Below are positions 1 through 12,016 of a DNA stretch of 64,000 nt, piece after piece. Numbering within the stretch: position 1 is the stretch's first letter; each line of letters opens with the position of its first letter. The notes below the pieces were generated by a model. That model did not search any database and was not told the origin of the DNA. It saw nothing but the letters and a program-made list of their open reading frames with translations. The stretch covers positions 919,272-983,271 of the forward strand of contig JACKFW010000001.1 of NCBI GenBank assembly GCA_020632265.1, in the 5' to 3' direction. The translations under genes were made by a program, and so were the position numbers. The DNA comes from Pseudomonadales bacterium (GTDB lineage: Bacteria; Patescibacteriota; Microgenomatia; UBA1400; PJMF01).

Positions 1-279
1 TAAGGTAACTCCTTCAATTTGATTTTCAAAAATATTCTTTTCTAAAATTTTAAAGTTTTCTGGATGTGGTTCGATGGCAATGATTCTTGAAGAAGGGTAG
101 AGCATTTTAAAATATAAAGTTGATAGGCCAATATGAGCTCCAGCATCAATAATGAAAGGAGCGGGTTGAACAGTCTCAAAATGATACAAATCTTGAGTAA
201 AGATTTCTCTTTTAAGCAGGTGATATTCTTCTGAGTGGTTATAGTAGATAGTGTAATTGTTTAGCCTACTTGATTTCAT
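1..279 (-). CDS. FkbM-family methyltransferase, N-terminal part (gene continues beyond window start)
   Basis: Reverse-strand translation from ATG (complement of cat at 277-279) gives MKSSRLNNYTIYYNHSEEYHLLKREIFTQDLYHFETVQPAPFIIDAGAHIGLSTLYFKMLYPSSRIIAIEPHPENF..., matching the 'FEP.P..F..L..N...DxGA..G' signature of FkbM methyltransferases. Open to the window edge. Confidence 0.45.
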   Translation of the reverse strand, partial: MKSSRLNNYTIYYNHSEEYHLLKREIFTQDLYHFETVQPAPFIIDAGAHIGLSTLYFKMLYPSSRIIAIEPHPENFKILEKNIFENQIEGVTL

Positions 280-408
280 AACCACATTTTACTTTATAAT
301 ATGAAAAAATTGTTGAGAGTAATTTTGTTATGATAATTAAAGATAAAATTTAATTTATAAATTAAAGCAATCAATGCAGTAGTATAAGTAAAAGTATTAG
401 GGAAAATT

Positions 409-1368
409 ATGCAAAGAAAAATCATGCAAAGAAAAATCGGAGGTCACGTTTCTGCGAGTGGAGGATTAGCTAAGGCAGTGGAAAGGGCTAACGATATTGG
501 GGCTAATTGTTTACAATTATTTTCGGGTAGTCCTCGGGTTTGGAAGCGTAAGGACTTGAGCGAATTTGATACTAGTAAGATGTTTTCAAAACAAAATGAA
601 TTATCGGTTGAACCAATATTTACACATTCTTTGTATTTAATTAACTTGGCTACTGACAAACCCGAATTATTAGAGAAGAGTTTTAATGCTTTAAAGTATG
701 ATTTGGAATTTGATAGTTTGATAAATGGATCGGGAATCGTTGTTCATTTGGGTAGCCACCAGGGTCGTGGATGGGAGTCAGTTAGGGAACAGGTGGCAGA
801 GCAAATATACAAGTTATTAAACGCTACTTCCAAAGATTCAACCTTTTTGATCGAAAACTCAGCTGGTCAAAATGGAAAGCTTTGTAGTGATCTCTCTGAA
901 ATACGTTGGTTGATTGATAGAGTGAGTCAAATTGATGAAAAGTTTGGCGATAAAGAAAAGTTAGACGAGGAGAAAATTTTTTTAGCTGGCAAAAAGTTAC
1001 CAATTGTGGAGAATATACATAGTCGTCTTGGTTGGTGTTTTGACACCTGCCATGCTCATGCTGCGGGATATTATTTGGGCGAAAATCCTCGTTCAATCAT
1101 TGGAATGAGTGCAATTGAAGCTATTACAGAAAATAAACTTTGGAAAGAATTAAAATGTATTCATGTGAATGATAGTCGAGATGATTTTAGTTCAGGCAGA
1201 GATAGACATGAAAATTTGGGGACTGGAAAAATTCCAACTGAAGATTTTCAACACTTCTTAAATTTTGAGAAAGTTAAAAATATTCCTTTAATAATAGAAG
1301 TACCTGGTTTTAAAAATGAGGGTCCAGATAAAGAAAATATTGAAATATTGAAAAGCTATTGTTCATAA
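409..1368 (+). CDS. nfo: Endonuclease IV (AP endonuclease, xylose-isomerase-like TIM barrel)
   Basis: ORF-track protein with HVSASGG...CLQLF, HSLYLINLAT, IHVNDS and CFDTCHAHAAGY metal-site motifs typical of Nfo. A 15-bp direct repeat (atgcaaagaaaaatc x2) gives two in-frame ATGs at 409 and 424. Confidence 0.8.
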   Translation: MQRKIMQRKIGGHVSASGGLAKAVERANDIGANCLQLFSGSPRVWKRKDLSEFDTSKMFSKQNELSVEPIFTHSLYLINLATDKPELLEKSFNALKYDLEFDSLINGSGIVVHLGSHQGRGWESVREQVAEQIYKLLNATSKDSTFLIENSAGQNGKLCSDLSEIRWLIDRVSQIDEKFGDKEKLDEEKIFLAGKKLPIVENIHSRLGWCFDTCHAHAAGYYLGENPRSIIGMSAIEAITENKLWKELKCIHVNDSRDDFSSGRDRHENLGTGKIPTEDFQHFLNFEKVKNIPLIIEVPGFKNEGPDKENIEILKSYCS

Positions 1369-1457
1369 ATATTGTTAGATTTTTTTAATCAGATTTTTTT
1401 TAATCAGATTTTTGCTGTAATCAGATTTATTAGTTCTTACCTGATATAATTCACTTT

Positions 1458-2408
1458 ATGAATGTATTTGATGGAATGAAGTTAGCGCATGAGCGTGAAC
1501 AGCTTTTAAGGATTAAAGTTGATCGCGATTTTAGTGATTACTCACTCAAAATTGCAGCAATTTTATTTTCTCAAGACGCTGGTAGTCGGATATATACCAA
1601 ACTAAAAAGGGAAGCAGCTTTTAGAGTTGGTATAGATTATGAAGTTTTTGAATATTCATTATTGGAAGATTTTAATAAAATTATTGAGAAAATTACCCAA
1701 TTAAATTTGGATCTTAGTATTACTGGAATTATTATTCAAAAGCCTTGGAGGAAAACTTGGGCCAAGTTTCATGAACAAACTTATATAAATAATCAGGTCG
1801 ATTTAGCTAATTTAGTAGATGAAGTAGTGGTTAAGTCAAATTATTCTCAAAAAAAATTATATGATCAGTGGTGGGGTAGATTAACCTCTGTTATTGCTGA
1901 AAAAAAAGATGTAGACGGTTTACACCCAAATACTATTAGTCAAATTATGGCAGGCATCTGGCAGGAAAATCACAAAGTTTTACCAGCAACTTGTCGAGCA
2001 GTCTTGACTATTTTAGAAAGAGCAGGGGAGATTGAAAATTTTTCAAAAGATAAAATTGTTATTTTGGGAAAGTCCGATCTTTTGGGTATTCCTCTTTATT
2101 ATGAGCTGTTAAGGCAAAAATATACTGTTGAGTTAATTGCTTCAAAAGAGTTATTAGAACGCATGAATTCAGGTCAGAAATTACTTGATGCAAAAGTCAT
2201 CGTTTCAGCTACTGGAACTAAAGGTCTAGTAAAAGGCGATATGATCTCTGATGGAGTAATAATTGTTGATGTTGGTGAACCCAAAGCTGACGTTGATTTT
2301 GAATCTGTGGCACCAAAATCAAGTTTTATTACTCCTGTCCCCGGTGGCGTTGGTCCTATGACGGTAATTAGTTTATTGGAAAATTGTGTTGATTTAGCAT
2401 CAAAATAA
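1458..2408 (+). CDS. folD: Bifunctional methylenetetrahydrofolate dehydrogenase/cyclohydrolase
   Basis: N-terminal 'DGMKLA...' and the C-terminal ITPVPGGVGPMTV signature of FolD. Length 316 aa. Confidence 0.75.
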   Translation: MNVFDGMKLAHEREQLLRIKVDRDFSDYSLKIAAILFSQDAGSRIYTKLKREAAFRVGIDYEVFEYSLLEDFNKIIEKITQLNLDLSITGIIIQKPWRKTWAKFHEQTYINNQVDLANLVDEVVVKSNYSQKKLYDQWWGRLTSVIAEKKDVDGLHPNTISQIMAGIWQENHKVLPATCRAVLTILERAGEIENFSKDKIVILGKSDLLGIPLYYELLRQKYTVELIASKELLERMNSGQKLLDAKVIVSATGTKGLVKGDMISDGVIIVDVGEPKADVDFESVAPKSSFITPVPGGVGPMTVISLLENCVDLASK

Positions 2409-2560
2409 ATGGAGCTTATTGATTTTTTTGATTTTTACAATTTTATACCTTTTGTGCTATAATTCACCTCTAGTAAAAATATTAATTACGAGCGAATGGG
2501 CAAGTCCTGAATTTATCCCATTCAATCGCACTCTTAGAAAGAGTAGAAATAAGGACACAT

Positions 2561-3589
2561 ATGAAAGATTATTCAAAACTTCCAAAAGTTGCACCTGAGT
2601 ATGATTTAACCGATCTTTTAGAGGCAGGTTGTCATTTTGGTCATCAAAAATCTAAGTGGAATCCAAAAATGGCTGAGTTCATTTATATGGAAAAAGATGG
2701 AGTGCATATTTTTGATTTGGAAAAAACTGCAAGTCAACTTCAGTTGGCATATAACTTTGTTTATGACTTAGCTTCTAGGGGAAAAACCATGATTATGGTT
2801 GGTACCAAGAAGCAAGCAAAGCCAATTATTGAAGAAGTTGCTAAGGAAAATGAAGTAATGTATATCACCTCTAGATGGTTGGGTGGATTATTGACCAATT
2901 GGGATCAAGTAAAAAAATCATTAAAAAGAATGTTAAGTATTGGTACTGATTTAAAAGCTGGAAAATATGATGCTTATACTAAATTCGAGAAAGTTCAACT
3001 TGAGAAAGAAGAAATTAGATTGCAAAGATTCTTTGGAGGAATCCAGGAGCTTAAATCAACACCCGACTTTTTGTTCATAGTTGATGTAAAAAGAGAAAAA
3101 AATGCTATTAAAGAAGCATTGTTAATGGGAGTTCCAATTATTGCTCTAATTGATTCAAACGCTGATCCTGAGGACGTAGATATTGCAATTCCTGCAAATG
3201 ACGATGCCTTGAGAAGTATTAATTTTATTGTTTCTGAAATTGCAAAAGCCTATGCTGCTGGTAGAAGATCAATTGATAAATCTGGCAGAGTAGTAGCTGT
3301 TCCAAAGGTTGTTGAAGCAAAAACTCCAGTTGTTGAAGCAAAAACTCCAGTTGTTGAAGCAAAAACTCCAGTTGTTGAAGCAAAAACATTAGAGGTAAAA
3401 GAAGTTACTGAAGCAAAGCCAAAAGTTGTTTCAAAGCCAAAAGCTGAAGCAAAGTCAAATGTTGCTTTAAAAGCAAAACCTGAAGCAAAGTCAAAAGTGA
3501 AAGCTAAGGGAAAACCTGAAGCAAAAGCTATTGAAGCAAAGCCAAAAGCTGCTTTAAAAGCAAAAAAAGTGGTGGTAAAGAAAAAATAA
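2561..3589 (+). CDS. rpsB: 30S ribosomal protein S2 with ~100-aa Lys/Ala-rich C-terminal repeat extension
   Basis: GCHFGHQKSKWNPKM and the conserved S2 core. The C-terminal tail is VVEAKTP x4 followed by KAKPEAKSK-type repeats. Confidence 0.9.
   Translation: MKDYSKLPKVAPEYDLTDLLEAGCHFGHQKSKWNPKMAEFIYMEKDGVHIFDLEKTASQLQLAYNFVYDLASRGKTMIMVGTKKQAKPIIEEVAKENEVMYITSRWLGGLLTNWDQVKKSLKRMLSIGTDLKAGKYDAYTKFEKVQLEKEEIRLQRFFGGIQELKSTPDFLFIVDVKREKNAIKEALLMGVPIIALIDSNADPEDVDIAIPANDDALRSINFIVSEIAKAYAAGRRSIDKSGRVVAVPKVVEAKTPVVEAKTPVVEAKTPVVEAKTLEVKEVTEAKPKVVSKPKAEAKSNVALKAKPEAKSKVKAKGKPEAKAIEAKPKAALKAKKVVVKKK
3308..3388 (+). repeat. Perfect 21-bp tandem repeat (gttgttgaagcaaaaactcca x ~4) inside the rpsB 3' extension
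   Basis: Read directly in the sequence. It encodes the VVEAKTP heptad repeats. Confidence 0.85.
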
Positions 3590-3597
3590 AGGAAAAT

Positions 3598-4056
3598 ATG
3601 TCATATACTGTCGCAGATATTAAGAAACTTAGAGAAGAAACTGGTGCAAGAATGATGGATTGTAAAAAAGCACTAGAAGCAGCAAAAGGCGATTATCAAG
3701 AAGCCCTGAAATTTGTTAAAGAAACAGGATTAGCTCGTGCTGAAAAAAAATCAGATCGAGAAACTAAAGAGGGTTACATAGCATCGTATGTTCACTCGAA
3801 TAATAAAGTTGCAGCATTAGTTGAGATTCTTTGCGAAACTGATTTTGTTGCAAGAAACGCAGAATTTCAACAAATGGCCAAGGATGTTGCCATGCATGTT
3901 GTAGCAATGAATCCAGAAAATATTGAGTTGCTTATGGAAGATCAATTTATCAAAGATCCTTCAATTACAGTTGAAGAATTAGTCAAAGGAGTATCGGGAA
4001 AAATTGGAGAAAAATTTGTTGTCAATAGATTTGTAAGATACGAACTTGGTAAATAA
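3598..4056 (+). CDS. tsf: Elongation factor Ts (short form, 152 aa)
   Basis: N-terminal UBA-like TGARMMDCKKALEAAKGDYQEALKFV motif of EF-Ts. Sits immediately downstream of rpsB as in the canonical rpsB-tsf operon. Confidence 0.8.
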   Translation: MSYTVADIKKLREETGARMMDCKKALEAAKGDYQEALKFVKETGLARAEKKSDRETKEGYIASYVHSNNKVAALVEILCETDFVARNAEFQQMAKDVAMHVVAMNPENIELLMEDQFIKDPSITVEELVKGVSGKIGEKFVVNRFVRYELGK

Positions 4057-4146
4057 AATTAGTGAGTTGAATATTTTCAGTGTTATTAATTCTTATTAGA
4101 AGAATCTGCAATTCGATTGTCTCATAGAGATTAAAAGTAAAAAAAA

Positions 4147-4170
4147 CCTCCGATTTTTCGGAGGTTTTTA
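4147..4170 (+). terminator. Rho-independent terminator after tsf
   Basis: cctccga-ttttt-cggagg hairpin followed by ttttta. Confidence 0.5.
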
Positions 4171-4185
4171 GTTATATAATATTAA

Positions 4186-6364
<2,179 letters not shown>

Positions 6365-7102
6365 TTATATATCGTCTGCGGAAGAATGAACGTCATCGAG
6401 AGTTCTTTCGAAATCATTATCAGTTTGCACAATTTCAACAGGAATATTTTCTTCGAGTATAATTGTGTCATCAGCTTCACTCAAAGGATTTAGAGCGATA
6501 TCATTCGAAGGGAAAGAATGAGCCCCTTTATTGATCTCTGATTGAAAAATTTCTTTTATGTAAACACAACACTGTTTGAGTGAGCATGATCGAACTTGGC
6601 AAGAGTAAATATTTCCATTTTTAATTAATTTTGACAGTCTGAATGAAAGATCTTCTGGTAACGTTCCCAAATACTTCCCTTTACTTTCAATAGAAATAAA
6701 TCGATTTTTAATTTTAAATTCACATGTTTGACCAATGCAAATATTTTCTAATACTTGTTTTCCTGCTAATCTAAGCAGTTGAACTGTTTTAGTTTTTCCT
6801 GGTTCTTCAATGAAATATTGTTTTACAAATTCTGGCGCAGTGATGACTTGATTATTATTTAATTTCTCCAGATGTTTCTGGGCGATTCTATTATTGATAT
6901 CTATTTTAAGTACTGTTTTGAAATATTTTTTGGCCTTGGAAAGTTTTTTGATTTGAATATATGCCAGGCCAATTCTATTGAGAGCATTTGTATTTTCAGG
7001 GTCCATTTCGATTAATTGTAAATTGTTCTTGATTGCCGCTTCCCAATCTCCGTCTTTTGCGTTTTTGATTGCTAAATTTCGAAGGTTTATTTGAACACTC
7101 AT
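6365..7102 (-). CDS. TPR-repeat protein (hypothetical)
   Basis: N-terminal helical repeats (ALNRIGLAYIQIKKLSKAKKYFKTVLKIDINN) typical of tetratricopeptide repeats. The C-terminal half is uncharacterised. Confidence 0.4.
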   Translation of the reverse strand: MSVQINLRNLAIKNAKDGDWEAAIKNNLQLIEMDPENTNALNRIGLAYIQIKKLSKAKKYFKTVLKIDINNRIAQKHLEKLNNNQVITAPEFVKQYFIEEPGKTKTVQLLRLAGKQVLENICIGQTCEFKIKNRFISIESKGKYLGTLPEDLSFRLSKLIKNGNIYSCQVRSCSLKQCCVYIKEIFQSEINKGAHSFPSNDIALNPLSEADDTIILEENIPVEIVQTDNDFERTLDDVHSSADDI

Positions 7103-7240
7103 ATCTTCTTTTCCCTATATTTATCGTTGTGAAAGAATACATTTGAAAACCACTGATGTCAAGATTAAAACATATACTATAATAATTGCAATGACTTATA
7201 TCTAAATTACTTATAATTGAGTTATTTTTGAAAGGAATAT

Positions 7241-7804
7241 ATGTCTGGACATAGTAAATGGAACAACATAAAAAATCGAAAAGGCGCTGTTGATGCCAAG
7301 AGAAGTAAAATTTTTAGTAATCTGTCTAAACTAATTAGAATTGCTGTGAGGGAAGGTAAGTCGGGTGATCCAAAGTTTAATCCATCTTTGAGAACTATTC
7401 TTGATAAAGCTAGAACTGCAAATATGCCAAACAGTAATATTGAGAAAGCTATCGAGAGGGGATTAGGTAAATCAGCGTCTGGAGTTTCAATTCAAGAAAT
7501 TGCTTATGAAGGATTTGGTCCAGGCGGCGTACCAATAATTGCCGTAGCAATGACGGATAATCCAAATCGAACTGCTGCTGAGATAAAATTTGCTTTTTCT
7601 AGAAACGAAGGTTCACTTGGAAGTCCTGGAAGCGTAATGTATATGTTTAGACGTAGTGATGATGGGGGTTATGAGTGTACAATGCCAATGGTTATTGAGG
7701 ATAAACACATTATCGGTAGCTTAAAAATTTTAGTTGAAAAACTTCGAGAATGTGAAGATGTTGAGGATATATATTTAGCAACCACTATTGATGAAGAAGA
7801 ATAA
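7241..7804 (+). CDS. YebC/PmpR-family probable transcriptional regulator (short, 187 aa)
   Basis: MSGHSKWNNIKNRKGAVDAKRSKIF...NPSLRTILDKARTANMP is the diagnostic YebC N-terminus. Confidence 0.8.
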   Translation: MSGHSKWNNIKNRKGAVDAKRSKIFSNLSKLIRIAVREGKSGDPKFNPSLRTILDKARTANMPNSNIEKAIERGLGKSASGVSIQEIAYEGFGPGGVPIIAVAMTDNPNRTAAEIKFAFSRNEGSLGSPGSVMYMFRRSDDGGYECTMPMVIEDKHIIGSLKILVEKLRECEDVEDIYLATTIDEEE

Positions 7805-7859
7805 TCATTTGATGAAGAAGAATAATCCTTGTTAATCATTTTATTTTTGAAAGGATCTG

Positions 7860-8627
7860 GTGAGAAGAAGAGAAAAATTTATTTTTGCATCAATAATATT
7901 GACATTGTCTCTTTTGGGAGTTCAATATATTTCTCTTGATCAAAGATACATTGCCATTGCAATATTTACGATTTTTACATATTTTATTTCAACTTGGGCT
8001 TTGTCAGACGATCTACAGTTACACGAAAGACTAACTGTAGTGCCATTTCCGTCACTTTATGCTGCATCTGTGGCTTTGTTCTACTTTTTGTTGCCGGGCA
8101 ATTTTCTTAGCCAGTTAGCGATACTAGGATTATTTGGTGTTGGAATGTATGCATTGTTTTTAACCTCGAATATTTATTCTGTTGCTAAAGGTAGAACTAT
8201 TCAGCTTTTTCATGCAGCTCAGGCTATTGGTTCAATCTTTGGAGTATTAATTTCACTACTTTTTTCGAACACAATTTTCTCCCTGAAATTACCATTTTAT
8301 CTGAATGGCTTACTTGTAGGCCTTGTTCATTTTCCGTTAATTTTCTTGTTACTTTGGTCAGTTAGGCTTGAGAGTAAAGTAACAAAAGAATTAGTTAATT
8401 TTTCACTGATCCTTAATTTAGTATTAATTGAATTGGCGATGGTTTTATCATTCTTCCCAATGACTGTCTGGTATAGCTCATTGTTTATTATGTCCTTTTT
8501 TTACATTGGACTAGGGCTGATGCAAAGTTTTATCAGGGGAAGACTTTTTATCAGGACTTTTGTGGAATATTCATTAGTGGCAATATTTGTAGGATTAATG
8601 TTTATTTTAATCTTTCCGTATAAATAA
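7860..8627 (+). CDS. Polytopic membrane protein, function unknown (GTG start)
   Basis: 255-aa ORF that is almost entirely hydrophobic helices. No recognisable motif. Confidence 0.35.
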   Translation: MRRREKFIFASIILTLSLLGVQYISLDQRYIAIAIFTIFTYFISTWALSDDLQLHERLTVVPFPSLYAASVALFYFLLPGNFLSQLAILGLFGVGMYALFLTSNIYSVAKGRTIQLFHAAQAIGSIFGVLISLLFSNTIFSLKLPFYLNGLLVGLVHFPLIFLLLWSVRLESKVTKELVNFSLILNLVLIELAMVLSFFPMTVWYSSLFIMSFFYIGLGLMQSFIRGRLFIRTFVEYSLVAIFVGLMFILIFPYK

Positions 8628-9876
8628 ACCTCAAGAAATTTCAATAGCAGACGTGAACTCACTGATTAAGGCCAAGATTCTTTAGAAGAGCACAGGACTT
8701 TTGAAAGACTTTTCTGTTCACATTCTAGTTTCTAAGTCTCTAGACATCCTATAATATAGATAGAGAAGACCAGGGTAAATTACGATTTTTTGCCTGGAGA
8801 TTATAAATTCCTAGTTATAGTGAAAATTCAGCTGAAATTAATTAATTGACATCAAATGTTAACATTAAAATAAATAAGTTTGAATATTTCAAAAAATATT
8901 TCAATAATAAATGGAGGAGAGGTAAAATATTTTTTGATATTAACCAGGCGGAGAAGGGATCAATGATATAGTTTGATATATTAAGAATTGATATAGTTTG
9001 ATATAGGGTAGAGACCTATAATAAATTGTGGATAACTTAATAAATTATAGGACTTAATCAATTATTTACTCGAGTAATTATAAATCTTTACTGAATTATT
9101 AAATTATTCGATGCAAGAATAATAAAAACAAAACAATTGATGGTTGACCACCTCTAGTGGGGAGGTATTTCCAGATATATCTGGTCTGAAAAAAATAATT
9201 TCCATCGTAGTCGTGAAAAGAGCGTGAAAAGAATAAAACCCGAATGCATATTTTTCCAAATAAGTACTTTTTTGAAGACTGTCGAGAGAGCTTTTTCAGG
9301 TATGGCAGATATTTGAACAGCAGTACTATTAGTGTGGCAGTGGTACAGAAATTGCGCCTTAATAAAAAATATTGAAATTTTGAAAAGATATATTACCCTA
9401 TTTAACAGTGGGGTACGAATCTTTGATTTACGTTATGTCGCACAATATTACTTTTACGACGTAAACACAATTTTGTCGATGGAGGTTGTTTCAATGTTCC
9501 TTTTATAAATAAATCTATATTTTGATATTTCAGGCTGAAAAATTGATTTTCCGACTTTTTTATTTATCAATTCTCTTTTTTAAGGATGCCATTATGAAAT
9601 GTTCAGTATTTTTGAATTTCTAACAACTTTTTTATAAATTCTATATTTTGAGTCATTAAGAATGCTTTTGATACCATTTTCTTTATTATTTTGATGATCA
9701 ATTAGCCATCAAAATAATAAAAAGCCGTTTTTGAGGCTATGAAATGGCTTTAATCTGGAGTGAACGAAAAATTAGCTCTATAATGCTTATTAATTGTATA
9801 TTTTATGTTATTTAATTTCTGAGAATTATTTTTTTGATTTTTTATGTTATTCAGTTTCTGAGAGTTAATTTTCTTT

Positions 9877-9982
9877 TTGACAATTTGTGTTTGGCAAATT
9901 TTTATGAATCGTTTTTTTTGACAATTTGTGTTTGGCAAATTTTTATGAATCGTTTTTTTTGACAATTTGTGTTTGGCAAAAA
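9877..9982. repeat. 41-bp tandem repeat (ttgacaatttgtgtttggcaaatttttatgaatcgtttttt, ~2.6 copies)
   Basis: Copies start at 9877, 9918 and 9959 with period 41. Each unit carries a TTGACA hexamer and a TTGGCAAA motif. Confidence 0.8.
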
Positions 9983-10908
9983 TTTGCAAATAGTTTTTAT
10001 TTTCAATGTTTAACTCTAATTAAGTATTTTCGTCAATATTTTGAATTTTTAAACATTTTGAATTTTCAAACATTTTGAATTAGTGCACTCAAAAATATTT
10101 TGTTAAATGTTAAAATATTTTCACATATTATTTTTAAATATCAGCTGACAGTTAATTTTGATATTTAGGACTTATCAAACTACATTCTCTTAGTAACTAG
10201 TTTTTATGATATTTGGAAATTTAATGAATCTATTTAACGAATATTCGTATCTCGTTGCTAAAACAAAGTATTTTGGACTTGTACCAACTTGTATTATTTT
10301 ATTGTTGAATTTATATTGTAAACAATTTTTATATTAGTAATTTTGCAAAATTATTTGACGATAGATTTTATCAAAAAAAATATTTAACATTTTGCAAAAA
10401 TCTTATAAAATGTTTCAAAATTATATTGTAAGAAAAAATTTTCTTACATATGTTTGATACAAAAATAATTCATTGTTAATATTTAGATACATAAAATATT
10501 AGTCTAAAAACATTTTAAATTTAAAAAATAGGGGATAAAATCTTTTAAGAAAGCTACTCTCTTATTTAATTGAAATTACCATTTTCAAATTATTTGCAAA
10601 ACTTTTAGTTGCAATTTATTATATAAAATTATGTCGCACAATTATTTTTTATTGTGTATACTAATATTAATTGAGAGTAGCTTGTGAGTTTATAAATCAT
10701 TTTTTTCATCTCCCCTACTCCGATGACTTTTTAATATTTACGTAAGGCCTATTATTTGAAAATTATATAATAATTGATATACAATAATATCAAAAGATAT
10801 CACTTATTTTAGTTGGATGTAGCCGTCCATGACCCTGAAAGATACAATTAGCAAACAAATCAATAGACTGCTAAAATCTCATAGTATTCTATTAGAAAAT
10901 TAATATAT

Positions 10909-11844
10909 ATGCCCGTCTCTACTATCCCACAAATTGCTCTTGTAACCTTTTTAGAACATTTGGAAGTTGAAAGAAATGTGAGTCGACTAACAATTAGAAA
11001 CTATTCTCATTATTTACGAAGATTTAATCAGTGGTTTGAAAGCCGTGGTCATAAGGATTTGAGAGAATTAAATCAGGATATTGTTAGAAGTTATCGCGTT
11101 TATCTTTCTAGATATTCTGATGATCAGGGTAGAACTTTGTGTAAACGAACTCAAAGTTATTACATAATTTCACTTAGATCGTTGTTAAAATTTATGGTGA
11201 AAAATGATATTCCGGTGCTACATCCGGAGAAAATTGATTTACCAAAAGCTGAATCTAAACACATGAAATTTTTGAATATGGAAAAAATTGAACGACTTTT
11301 GTCTCAGCCACTTTTGTCAAAAAAAGGAGGACTTAGAGACAAGGCTATTTTAGAAGTTTTATTTTCAACTGGTCTTCGTGTTAGCGAGTTGGTTGGATTA
11401 AATCGTGATCAAATTGATTTAAAGTCAAGAGAATTTGGAGTTATTGGTAAAGGTCGTAGACCAAGGGTTGCGTTTTTAAGCCACAGAGCTGTTGATTGGT
11501 TAAGAAGATATTTGAATTCGAGAGAAGATAATTGGCAACCGATATTTATTAGATATTCTGGTCAAAAACCCGATTTACTTTCGGATGGTGAAGAAATGAG
11601 ACTTACTTCGAGAAGTGTTCAGCGGTTAGTAGATAAATATTGTCGTAAAGCTAAATTGCCAATCAAAATTAGTCCACATGGAATCAGGCACAGCTTTGCA
11701 ACAGATTTGTTAACAAATGGGGCTTCCCTTAGAGACGTCCAGGAGATGTTGGGTCATAAAAATATTGCTACTACCCAGATATACACTCATGTCACTCAAC
11801 CACAATTAAAGAAGATTCATGACGAGCGTCATAGCGATTTTTAA
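10909..11844 (+). CDS. Tyrosine site-specific recombinase, XerC/XerD family
   Basis: C-terminal catalytic region HGIRHSFATDLLTNGASLRDVQEMLGHKNIATTQIYTHV (R..H..R..Y) and an N-terminal SAM-like core-binding domain. Confidence 0.8.
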   Translation: MPVSTIPQIALVTFLEHLEVERNVSRLTIRNYSHYLRRFNQWFESRGHKDLRELNQDIVRSYRVYLSRYSDDQGRTLCKRTQSYYIISLRSLLKFMVKNDIPVLHPEKIDLPKAESKHMKFLNMEKIERLLSQPLLSKKGGLRDKAILEVLFSTGLRVSELVGLNRDQIDLKSREFGVIGKGRRPRVAFLSHRAVDWLRRYLNSREDNWQPIFIRYSGQKPDLLSDGEEMRLTSRSVQRLVDKYCRKAKLPIKISPHGIRHSFATDLLTNGASLRDVQEMLGHKNIATTQIYTHVTQPQLKKIHDERHSDF

Positions 11845-12016
11845 ATTGGCAGGTATGGGTAAATAGTGATAGTTGTTTTGTTGAACGTTTAATGGCTATA
11901 CAAAGGGAAAAATTAAAGTAGATGTTGTCGTGTGCTATTAATATTTGATTTTCCAAAATATTAGCAATTGTTTGTTTTTAGGTTGTTAGATAAAATGCGA
12001 CAGTAAAGTATTTGTT

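Noticed and set aside
7786-7828. 19-bp direct duplication (tgatgaagaagaataatc x2) spanning the YebC-family stop codon; possible C-terminal truncation.
   Set aside because: The YebC-like ORF ends in-frame at the first copy, and its conserved N-terminal domain is intact. The duplication lies after the stop and has no clear consequence. Noted only as a slippage footprint.
9027-9035. Perfect consensus DnaA box (TTATCCACA on the minus strand) suggesting oriC.
   Set aside because: Only one perfect box is present. There is no cluster of boxes, no obvious DUE 13-mers and no adjacent dnaA/dnaN gene. A single 9-mer is not evidence of an origin.
9120-9370. Possible RNase P RNA / structured ncRNA: GUGAAAAGAGCGUGAAAAG resembles CR-IV (GGUGAAA..GGUGCGGUAAGAGCG) and ACAGAAAUUGCGCCUUA resembles the CR-V / P4 3' strand (ACAGAANCCGGCUUA).
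   Set aside because: No matching P4 5' strand or CR-I (GGAAAGUCCGG-like) is found upstream. The intervening sequence is extremely AT-rich with little helix potential. The motifs are short enough to occur by chance. An Rfam scan would settle it.
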